Part shown: piece after piece, positions 1-8,209 of the stretch
How positions within the stretch are numbered: the stretch's first letter is position 1
Layout of the letters: each line of letters opens with the position of its first letter
Source of the DNA: an uncultured Oscillospiraceae bacterium
GTDB taxonomy: Bacteria; Bacillota; Clostridia; Oscillospirales; Acutalibacteraceae
Assembly: GCA_900549055.1 (NCBI GenBank)
Contig: URNB01000001.1
Span: forward strand, 14,852 to 78,851
Direction of reading: 5' to 3'
DNA: 64,000 nt
The notes under the pieces: generated by a model
Told to the model about the DNA's origin: nothing
Database searches by the model: none
Seen by the model: the letters and a program-made list of their open reading frames with translations, nothing else
Program-made: the position numbers and the translations under genes

Positions 1-361
1 GAACGCGGGCGGCGGCTTCGGCGGAATCGGAAAAAGAAGCATAAACGCGAAATATGTCTCTCACATAAGGGCGGACGGCTCAAACCGCATAAGCAATTTC
101 ATTATAAGAAACAATGTTCTCGATTCCGCGGCGGACGGCGCGTGCCTTGCGGCGCTCTGCTGCTATAAGAGCAGCGGCGGCAGTCTCCCCACACTTTTCC
201 GCAATATATACATAAGAAAATCCGGCGGAGGGCTTTTAAGTGTCAAGACCGAATCGGCAGCTGACGCCGCAGTATTTTCGGCGGACGCCACAGGAATTGA
301 TTATTTAAAGCAAAGCTTTGATAATAAACCCATTGTAATTTTAAGATAAGGAGTAATTATT

Positions 362-1099
362 ATGAAAAAACTATCAGCGCTGATCGCAACGGCAGTGTTA
401 ACGCTGTCGGCGGCACTTTCCGTCTCTGCGGCAGAGCCGACAGCCTCTGTACCCGTAAGCGACGGAAATGTTTACAAAAATCTTTTTTCGCTCTCGCAGG
501 ACGCCGCAGAAGAGGATACGGCGGCAATACCAGCCGAGCTTGAAAAATTATCGGGCGCGGTTGACAGCAGAAGCACGGCATATTTAAGCTTTGCGGTTTA
601 TGCTCCGGGAGCAGGCAGTTATTCATTCAAGCTTTCCTTTACGGGAACGGACTATGCCGCAGTAAAGGTGGGAAACACGGTTGTAACGGCATATCCCGAC
701 ACCGCGTTTTCGCTCACTCTCTCAAAGGGACTGAACCTTATAACCTGCTTCGGCGCCACCGCAGATCAAAAGGGAGCCGCAATTAAATATACCGCCCTTC
801 TTTGCGAGAACGGACTCAACCCGATCGAGGGCGAGTTTTATTTAAACGGAGATGTGAACGGCGATAAAGAGGTTGATATAAGAGACCTCGTACGCTACAA
901 AAAATATTTCGCAAATGCCGCCGAAATCAAGGCTGTTTCGGCGGATATCAACAGCGACGGCACGGTGGACGCCGCAGATATGAGCGTATTGAAGCAATAT
1001 TTTGTGGGAGCGGAAAGCGCCCTCGGCGCGGTATCGCCGGGTTATGAAATAAGCTATGTTATGAGAGATAACGATATTTCGGATAACTGGAATTACTGA
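362..1099 (+). CDS. Secreted dockerin-containing protein, with an N-terminal beta-sandwich (CBM-like) domain and a C-terminal type-I dockerin
   Basis: AAGGAG RBS 8 nt upstream of ATG; signal peptide MKKLSALIATAVLTLSAALSVSA; two Ca-binding dockerin repeats DVNGDKEVDIRDLVRYKKYF and DINSDGTVDAADMSVLKQYF. Confidence 0.7.
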   Translation: MKKLSALIATAVLTLSAALSVSAAEPTASVPVSDGNVYKNLFSLSQDAAEEDTAAIPAELEKLSGAVDSRSTAYLSFAVYAPGAGSYSFKLSFTGTDYAAVKVGNTVVTAYPDTAFSLTLSKGLNLITCFGATADQKGAAIKYTALLCENGLNPIEGEFYLNGDVNGDKEVDIRDLVRYKKYFANAAEIKAVSADINSDGTVDAADMSVLKQYFVGAESALGAVSPGYEISYVMRDNDISDNWNY

Positions 1100-1123
1100 T
1101 TTAACGGAAAGGAGTAACGAACT

Positions 1124-3997
1124 ATGAAGATCAAAAGGCTGTTTGCTGTTATCCTTGCGGCGTGCATGGCGTTTTCAACAGGACTTATAAGCAGCTCTGC
1201 AGAGGACGCCGCACCTACCATCTCGATCAAGGGCAATTTTTCGGTGCTTTATGTAGGTCAGTATGTTGAATTCACCTTCGGCAACCTGACCTCCGATATG
1301 GAGCTGGGAATCCTGCCGGACAACGACGGAAACCCGGGGAAATGGGGTGTGAAGAATTACCGCACCGGCAAAACGGGAACCTACAGAGAAACCTTTAAAA
1401 TGACCGACGCGGGAACATATCATGTTGCGGTTTGGACAACCGGCTGGAATTTCCAAACCTCAAAGAAAATAACCGTTGAGCCCACACCCGTGATTTCAGG
1501 CAACAAAAGAGTCGGCGTCGGAATGAATGCGACCTTTAATATTTCGGGCATTAAGTCGTCCCTTGAATTCGGAATATTCCCCGGGAACGACGACGGCAGC
1601 ATAAAATCCTACAGTGTTTCAAACTACGCCGCCGTAAACGGTGACACAAGCCGCACGGTGTCGATATCCGAACCGGGAAATTATGTTGCGGCGGTATGGG
1701 CAAGCGGCTGGAGCTTTGTAGCGCAGTTCCCGTTCAGAGTGTCCGATTCGGATAAGACTGCCTCACTTGACAAAGCATCCTACTCCGAGGGCGACACGAT
1801 AACCGTAACAACGGACAAGTGGCAAGAGAATGACTTTTTTGCGATATATAATGCCTCTGTTACGGATATAACAGCCGACACCGAAGCCGTATACAGCGGG
1901 AAAAACGACCCCGGAAAATCCTCGTATACCGTGAGTACCGCAGGCTGGCAGCCCGGAGAATACCGCTTTGTGGCGTTTGATTCGGGAGATTATTCAGCGG
2001 ATCACATAGCGGATACAAAATTCACAATAAAACAGGATAAGCGTGCAACTATGGATAAAACCACTTATACGACCGAAGAAACAATAACGGTCACCACAAA
2101 AAACTGGACATATAACGAGGGCTATTTTATCCGCATTTACAAAAAGCCGATAAGCTCGGGCTACAACAGCAACTTCGTAGCGGACACCTACGGTGCGTGG
2201 GCAAAGGAAACCTATAAATTTTATCCGTACAACTGGGAGCCCGGCGAATACCAGCTTATTGCCTTTGAATATCAAGGCTGGGTAAAGGTCAACGAGGTAA
2301 ACTTCACCGTCACCGCGCCCGAAAAGAAGGCGTTTGAAATAACCGACGGAATTCTTACCGCAAATGAGGAAATAACCCTTGATTTAGCCGAAATCTCACC
2401 CGACGCACCGGACGGCAAACTGTTTATCGGCTGGAAGACAGCGAACGGTGAAAATGCGAAAAGCCGAGTGACCCTTTCCGCGGGAGACATACTCACAGCG
2501 CAGTTCATTGATTTCAATAACGCTGACAGCACGGATTTCAAAATAACCGATACGGCTGTAAGAACAGAGAAGAGTACCGGACTTCGCTTCACGGTACAGC
2601 TGAGCAACAGACTCTGCGAAGCCCTTCCCTCTGCCGCAGAATACGGTGCGGCGGTACTTCCTTCGGATATTTTGAACGAGAACAGCTGGTCGGAGCTTGA
2701 GCTTGACAAGGCCTACCCCTACGGCGACGGCAGCTTTACCGCCGCAAAGGTTCCGGCAGAACGGCTTTTCGATTCGGAAAACGGCAGCAAAAGCTACACT
2801 GCCTGCATTACGGATATTACAGACGAAAAGCTCACCCGTCAGTATACTGTAAGAGGCTACATAAAATATACCGATATTAACGGTATCGCAAGGGTGCTTT
2901 ATACCGATTATGCCTCGGCAAATATGTATTCACAAGCAAGAGCGGAGCTTGAAGGCGGCGAGCTTTCCGTTTCCGCCCGCAGCGTTTTGACAGGTATAAC
3001 CGAAACGGTCAAAGGAATTCAAAACGGAAAATATGCGGGAGCAGACAAAATAACCGTCACCGGCAATGCAAACAACCCGAATTATTATATTTATAAGCTC
3101 GGTGAAAACGGCATTTCCGTTCGCGATGTGGTAATTGACCTCGGTCTTGTCAATCCGCTAGAAATCGTTCAGCTTTCCGATATGCATTTCAATTATCTCA
3201 ACGCAACGGATTACAAGGTAAAGAACCCCACGGTGCTTTCCACCAACGATGTACGCACCTTCGGCAAAAACGCTTCCTCCGTCGTTAAAGCGCGCAAGGC
3301 GCTTGACTTTGCAAGAACCGCCGACGCAGTGGTCTTAACAGGCGACACCATCGATTACTTAAGCTACGGCGGCATAGAGCTGCTCTATAAGGAAATATGG
3401 GATGTTATACCCGATGCCATGGTTACTATGGGTAATCACGAATATCTGCAGAGAATGCAGGGTGTAATGCCCGAAAGCCTCTCCGCCGAGAGAAGATGGG
3501 AGATACTCAGAAGCGTTTGGAAGCATGATATTGATTATACCTCAAAGGTAGTAGGCGGCAAAGTCATGCTTATCCAGCTCAACAACGGCGAGGGCAAATT
3601 CTATGCAAGCCAAAAGGCAATGCTCGAAGCCGATATAGCGCTCGCAAGAGCGAACGGCTACGCAGTTCTTGCGTTCATGCACGAGCCTATCAGTACCGGA
3701 AATGCATCGGATACCAATATTACCGCGATCCGCAAGGATGACGGCAGTGCAAGCGGAAATTACTATTCCGGTCAGGTCGGAGGGCCGAACGCCGATGCCG
3801 CCACAAAGGCGATATGCGATATTATAGCCGCAAACGGCGATATAATCAAAGGCGTTTTCAACGGTCACCAGCATGCGGATTATTATTCGGAAATACTTGC
3901 AAAAACAGCATCGGGCGCCGACACGGTAATACCGCAGTACACCTTGAGCGGCTGCATTTACGGAAACGGCAACGCTCTGAAGATCACTGTTAAATAA
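1124..3997 (+). CDS. Secreted multi-domain protein with tandem Ig-like beta-sandwich repeats and a C-terminal calcineurin-like metallophosphoesterase domain
   Basis: AAAGGAG RBS; signal peptide; two pairs of internally repeated ~90-aa domains; C-terminal phosphoesterase motifs VVLTGDTIDY, MGNHEY, GHQHADY; stop codon lies in the terminus of repeat copy 1. Confidence 0.7.
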   Translation: MKIKRLFAVILAACMAFSTGLISSSAEDAAPTISIKGNFSVLYVGQYVEFTFGNLTSDMELGILPDNDGNPGKWGVKNYRTGKTGTYRETFKMTDAGTYHVAVWTTGWNFQTSKKITVEPTPVISGNKRVGVGMNATFNISGIKSSLEFGIFPGNDDGSIKSYSVSNYAAVNGDTSRTVSISEPGNYVAAVWASGWSFVAQFPFRVSDSDKTASLDKASYSEGDTITVTTDKWQENDFFAIYNASVTDITADTEAVYSGKNDPGKSSYTVSTAGWQPGEYRFVAFDSGDYSADHIADTKFTIKQDKRATMDKTTYTTEETITVTTKNWTYNEGYFIRIYKKPISSGYNSNFVADTYGAWAKETYKFYPYNWEPGEYQLIAFEYQGWVKVNEVNFTVTAPEKKAFEITDGILTANEEITLDLAEISPDAPDGKLFIGWKTANGENAKSRVTLSAGDILTAQFIDFNNADSTDFKITDTAVRTEKSTGLRFTVQLSNRLCEALPSAAEYGAAVLPSDILNENSWSELELDKAYPYGDGSFTAAKVPAERLFDSENGSKSYTACITDITDEKLTRQYTVRGYIKYTDINGIARVLYTDYASANMYSQARAELEGGELSVSARSVLTGITETVKGIQNGKYAGADKITVTGNANNPNYYIYKLGENGISVRDVVIDLGLVNPLEIVQLSDMHFNYLNATDYKVKNPTVLSTNDVRTFGKNASSVVKARKALDFARTADAVVLTGDTIDYLSYGGIELLYKEIWDVIPDAMVTMGNHEYLQRMQGVMPESLSAERRWEILRSVWKHDIDYTSKVVGGKVMLIQLNNGEGKFYASQKAMLEADIALARANGYAVLAFMHEPISTGNASDTNITAIRKDDGSASGNYYSGQVGGPNADAATKAICDIIAANGDIIKGVFNGHQHADYYSEILAKTASGADTVIPQYTLSGCIYGNGNALKITVK

Positions 3998-4255
3998 TGT
4001 CTACTGAATAATTGCATTAGTAAATGCAATTATATAAAATCGAGTTAAAATCTCGATTTTATGGGTCAAAACCTTTGTTTTGACCGTCAGTATCCATTGA
4101 TTGTCGCCTGATTTTAAAAAGAATCAAAATGTGATTCTTTTTAAAGTGCAAGGTTTTTTCGCAAAATTGCGCAAAAACCTTGCACCTGAACAATTCAAAA
4201 GTTTACACCAACATGCTCGGGTTAAGGTGCTTTTGAATTGTTCAGCAGGCATTAA
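3995..4255 (-). mobile_element. MITE-like ~260-bp multi-hairpin repeat, copy 1 (reverse orientation relative to copies 2 and 3)
   Basis: Near-identical (reverse-complement) to 39968-40229 and 60646-60905; imperfect ~15-bp TIRs (TTAATGCCTGCTGAA ... TTCAGTAGACATTA); at least six consecutive perfect stem-loops; AT-rich versus a ~55% GC flank; no ORF. Confidence 0.7.
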
Positions 4256-4359
4256 ATAAACACTCCTCGGCTGAAAAATAAGGCGGAGTTTCTCCGTCTT
4301 ATTTTTATCCGGATAAACAGTGTGTTTTAGGAAAATTATTCAAAACAATCAAAAATCGC

Positions 4360-4388
4360 TTGTGTCATAAATTCGGATATGGTATATT
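4360..4388 (+). promoter_or_regulatory. Putative sigma-A promoter for the AraC regulator (-35 TTGTGT, 17 nt, -10 TATATT)
   Basis: Hexamer spacing read directly from the sequence; upstream of the 4450 start. Confidence 0.3.
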
Positions 4389-4449
4389 GATATAAGAAAC
4401 AATTGCGAATATATTGCGGCGGTTGTTTTGAAACATTGAGGTGATTATA

Positions 4450-5355
4450 ATGCTGACATATCTTTTTGAACGGATGCGTACCATTTCGTACGCGTCAAAT
4501 GCCGACACTCTGCTTATAAGAGACAAAAGGGCAAACTGTGAGCCGCTGCACAGGCACAACTACAACGAAATGATATATATTTATGAGGGTGAGGCCGTTC
4601 ACAGTATAAACGGTGTATCCTATAACCTTGTTCCGGGCAGTTTGGCGCTTCTTACCCCGAACGATGCTCACAGCTTCATATCGGTCGGATCGTTCTCAAC
4701 GGTCAACATTTGCTTCACAGACCGCGTGAATCTGCCGATTCCGAGCTATGAGACCCCGGTTGCGATACTGAACGAACAGTGCCGCATTGAAATGGAGACC
4801 CTGCTCTATCTTGCAGAGCAGGAGCTTCATTTAAACGATTCAGTATCCGACAGCATTGTGAACCATTGCATCGACTGGATGCTGCTCCTTTTTCAGAGAA
4901 ACAATACCACCCTGTCCAAAACAAATTCAAATTGGAACAGGCTTATCTGCAAAATTACAGAGGACTACAGTACGATAACGCTTGAAGAAGCGGCGGACAT
5001 CATGGGTGTTTCGGTCAGCCACTTCTGCAGGAAATTCAAAAAGGATTTCTCGGTTACCTTCCATAATTATCTTAACGAAATAAGGATTCGTCAGGCAAAA
5101 AATCTTTTGCTCTATTCCGACGATTCGGTTTCGCTTATTGCCGAAAAGGTAGGGTATCAGAACAATCCCTGCCGTTTCTACTCTAATTTCAAAAATGTTG
5201 TGGGCATGACCCCAAACGAATACCGCCGTTCCTTCAAGAAAAATCTTTACGGCTCCAAAGCTCCGCTTCGGTCATTTATACCGGAGCCTACGTATACGGA
5301 TCCCGGCAGATTTTCCGCATATAACGACGAAAAAAGAAGCAAAAACAAATCATAA
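4450..5355 (+). CDS. AraC family transcriptional regulator (N-terminal cupin sensor, C-terminal HTH)
   Basis: GAGGTG RBS 7 nt before ATG at 4450 (the ORF track's GTG at 4441 is less likely); C-terminal AraC HTH pattern ...HFCRKFKKDFSVTFHNYLNEIRIRQAKNLL... Confidence 0.85.
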   Translation: MLTYLFERMRTISYASNADTLLIRDKRANCEPLHRHNYNEMIYIYEGEAVHSINGVSYNLVPGSLALLTPNDAHSFISVGSFSTVNICFTDRVNLPIPSYETPVAILNEQCRIEMETLLYLAEQELHLNDSVSDSIVNHCIDWMLLLFQRNNTTLSKTNSNWNRLICKITEDYSTITLEEAADIMGVSVSHFCRKFKKDFSVTFHNYLNEIRIRQAKNLLLYSDDSVSLIAEKVGYQNNPCRFYSNFKNVVGMTPNEYRRSFKKNLYGSKAPLRSFIPEPTYTDPGRFSAYNDEKRSKNKS

Positions 5356-5435
5356 ATATCGGCAGGCATATAAAAACGCCTTAAAGCCTGCCTGCCGTTC
5401 TTCAGCGGACAGAGTCTGTTTTTGTCCGTTTTAAA

Positions 5436-7262
5436 GTGGTGAGGAATTTGAACATTTCATTTGACGATTACATGAAAAAGCTTGTATCCTGCTATAAAGG
5501 AAAAGCAATAGGCGGCACGCTCGGAATGCCGTTTGAAGGATGCACAAACACAAACAGTATTGAATTTTACAAGACTCTGCCCGATAAAATGCACGGAAAT
5601 GACGATTTGGATCTGCAGGTGGTGTGGCTTGAGACATTGCTGCGGAACGGCTTTCCGATAAACGGTTACCATTTATCTGCGGCATGGCGGCATTTGAATT
5701 TCGGACCCGATGAATACGGAGTCGCGCTGCACAATTTCAAAAACAAGATTTTCGCCCCGCTTTCGGGTGTTTACGGAAACAAGTTCGGCAGCGGAATGGG
5801 CGGCGCCATAAGAAGCGAAATTTGGGCGGCATTAGCGCCGGGAGATCCCGCGCTTGCGGTAAGCTTTGCAAAAATCGACGCCTCCGCAGACCATTGCGGC
5901 AGCGGGATTTCGGGCAGTGTTTTTCTGACCGCCGTCGAAAGCGCCGCCTATACGGAGAATGATACCGAAAGGCTGATTGAAACGGGGCTTTCCTTTGTCA
6001 ATAAGGATATTCGCTTTTCCTCTGCAATAACGGACACCGTTGAATGGTGGCACGATACAGGCGATTTATTTACGGTGCGTGAAAAAATTCTCGAAAATTA
6101 CGGTGCCGATAACTGGAGCGACGTTACAATAAATGTAAGCTTTATTGTTTTGGCTTGGCTTGCGGGAGGCGGCGATTTCGGAAAAACCGTTTGCAGCGCC
6201 GTAAACTGCGGATATGACGCTGACTGCACCGCTGCGTCCGTAGGCTCGATACTCGGCATATTAAATCCCGACGGTATTGAAAAGCGGTGGACTGACCCTA
6301 TAGGCGATAGGCTTGTTTTGTCCCGTCAGATACTCGGGGTGAGAACCTCGGAAACCATGACCGGTCTGTGTGAAAAAACCGCTGCAGCCGCAATCAAATG
6401 CGGAGAATTCTATAATTCGTGTGCGCGGCTTACAGGCGTACCGCAGCATATTGCGGAAAAATCGGCTGAAATACCCGCTTGGACTGACCCCTCCCTTGCG
6501 GAAATGCTCTTCGCCCGTTCGCAGCGGGATAGTCTTTTAAGCATACTTCCGCTCGGAATAATACTTACATACCCCGAGGTGCCATCCCTTGCAATGGGTG
6601 AGGAAAAGGAGTTTTCGGCGCGGATACTTAACCCTTCAAGAACCTCAGCAATGACACACCTAAAATTGAGCGTCCCCGAATGCTTTGAACTTAGCGGCGA
6701 TGAATTCTCATTTGAACTGCCGCCGCTTTCGGAGCATGAAATACATTTTAAAATCAAGAGCAATACCGATTATAAATCGGCATTTGATTTTTTGCATTTC
6801 CTGTTTGATATAAACGGAATGCGTTATGAAGCGGAAGCCGGCATCATCTCTGCGTATCCATGGACCGAAAAGGACGGCTGTGATGACATTTCATCGCTTG
6901 AAAGCGCCCGCTATTCCCCTGCCGAAAGCTTTATAAAGCCGATTTCGCGCGGAGCAAAGGAGCTTGCAATCGAGGTTCGCCCCGCAATGCCGATGACCGC
7001 GGCGATAACCTGCCAGGGCACAAGACCGCTGAAATTATGGTTTAACGGCGAAAAAATACTTGAATACAATGCCGAGGTATATGTCCCCGGACTGCACAGA
7101 GGGCAATCCGTACTGGCGAATCTAAAGCCCTGCTGGAACAGAATCATCCTGCAGGCCGAGGACGGAAACGACGGCGAGATATTTTTTGCAATCGGTAACC
7201 CGGTTGATTGGATATGGCTCAACACGCTTGAATGGCGCAAACCGAAGGAGGAGCAAAATTGA
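5436..7262 (+). CDS. ADP-ribosylglycohydrolase (ARH/DraG) fold protein with a ~270-aa C-terminal extension; cytoplasmic
   Basis: N-terminal ARH-like motif KAIGGTLGMPFEG, acidic cluster GNDDLDLQ and C-terminal ARH motif GYDADCTAASVGSILG; no signal peptide; start codon uncertain (GTG 5436/5439). Confidence 0.55.
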   Translation: MVRNLNISFDDYMKKLVSCYKGKAIGGTLGMPFEGCTNTNSIEFYKTLPDKMHGNDDLDLQVVWLETLLRNGFPINGYHLSAAWRHLNFGPDEYGVALHNFKNKIFAPLSGVYGNKFGSGMGGAIRSEIWAALAPGDPALAVSFAKIDASADHCGSGISGSVFLTAVESAAYTENDTERLIETGLSFVNKDIRFSSAITDTVEWWHDTGDLFTVREKILENYGADNWSDVTINVSFIVLAWLAGGGDFGKTVCSAVNCGYDADCTAASVGSILGILNPDGIEKRWTDPIGDRLVLSRQILGVRTSETMTGLCEKTAAAAIKCGEFYNSCARLTGVPQHIAEKSAEIPAWTDPSLAEMLFARSQRDSLLSILPLGIILTYPEVPSLAMGEEKEFSARILNPSRTSAMTHLKLSVPECFELSGDEFSFELPPLSEHEIHFKIKSNTDYKSAFDFLHFLFDINGMRYEAEAGIISAYPWTEKDGCDDISSLESARYSPAESFIKPISRGAKELAIEVRPAMPMTAAITCQGTRPLKLWFNGEKILEYNAEVYVPGLHRGQSVLANLKPCWNRIILQAEDGNDGEIFFAIGNPVDWIWLNTLEWRKPKEEQN

Positions 7263-8194
7263 TTAAACCGGTAGGACTGTCGGTCGGCGACCTGCAGCGG
7301 AAATACGGCGATATAAAGGCACTTGAAATTGCCGCGAACGCAGGGGCGGATTCTGTGGATCTTGATTTGTGTACAGACATAAACGATTACAGAAACAAGG
7401 ACTCTCTTTACAGTAAGGGGTTTGAAGCAACGGCGGAATACTATACCGCCGTTAAGAAACGAGCGGATGAGCTTGGAATTATTATAGGTCAAACGCACGG
7501 CAAAATTAAGGGCTTTGTGAATAATAAGGCGGAGGATGACGCCCTTGTTAAAAACAGCGAATATGACTGCTTTGCAACGGCGATACTCGGCGCGGGTGTT
7601 TGCGTGGTGCACAATGCAACCTCGATTTTTTTGGGGCCTGATCCCGAGCCTGCACTTATGCACCACTTAAGCTTTGATATGTTCAGCAGAATAATACCGT
7701 ATGCCGCAAGGAACGGAATTAAAATTGCAACTGAAACCTTCGGCGACGCGGTGCGCTTTTCCGCCTGCGATTTCTTTGGAAATATAGGTGAATTTGAAAA
7801 GGCATATAATGCGGTCGCCGCGTGTGATGAATTGAAGGAGCACTTTACCGTATGCGTTGATACGGGTCATTCAAACAAGGCTATGCGTTACGGTAATCCG
7901 ACTCCGGCAGATGTTATACGCCGTCTCGGAAAAAGCGTTACGGTGCTTCACCTTAACGATAACGATACGCTGACCGATCAGCATAAAATACCCAAAACCG
8001 GCTGCATTGACTGGAACGGCGTTATGGACGCGCTTGATGGGATCGGCTACGGCGGTATATATAACATGGAGCTTAATCTGCGCCATTTCGGTGATAATTT
8101 CCTGATTGAGACCGCCGAGTTTGCCGTTAAGGTAATGCGCAATATGCTGACAGAAAGATACGGCAAAAACGCAGTATCCGAAAAAAAGCTGTAA
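7259..8194 (+). CDS. Sugar phosphate isomerase/epimerase (xylose-isomerase-like TIM barrel, AP-endonuclease-2 fold)
   Basis: AAGGAGG RBS 8 nt before TTG at 7259, overlapping the upstream TGA (TTGA coupling); motifs VCVDTGHSN, LHLNDN. Confidence 0.7.
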   Translation: MIKPVGLSVGDLQRKYGDIKALEIAANAGADSVDLDLCTDINDYRNKDSLYSKGFEATAEYYTAVKKRADELGIIIGQTHGKIKGFVNNKAEDDALVKNSEYDCFATAILGAGVCVVHNATSIFLGPDPEPALMHHLSFDMFSRIIPYAARNGIKIATETFGDAVRFSACDFFGNIGEFEKAYNAVAACDELKEHFTVCVDTGHSNKAMRYGNPTPADVIRRLGKSVTVLHLNDNDTLTDQHKIPKTGCIDWNGVMDALDGIGYGGIYNMELNLRHFGDNFLIETAEFAVKVMRNMLTERYGKNAVSEKKL

Positions 8195-8209
8195 AACAGG
8201 TGATTAAAA

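Noticed and set aside
1-361. Possible partial gene at the window start
   Set aside because: The open frame lacks a start, translates to an Arg/Lys-rich nonsense-like peptide and ends at ~166. It is treated as the intergenic or promoter region of the dockerin gene.
1175-2709. Minus-strand ORFs (93, 60, 93, 145 aa) inside the 957-aa gene
   Set aside because: They are antisense to a strongly supported, domain-rich CDS, have no RBS, and are of a kind common in ~55% GC DNA. They are spurious.
4441-4449. ORF-track GTG start of the first AraC gene
   Set aside because: The ATG at 4450 has a properly spaced GAGGTG RBS. The GTG would lie inside that RBS.
6911-7666. 251-aa minus-strand ORF spanning the ARH/isomerase junction
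   Set aside because: It overlaps two well-supported plus-strand genes with a coupled TTGA junction, and it has no homology signal.
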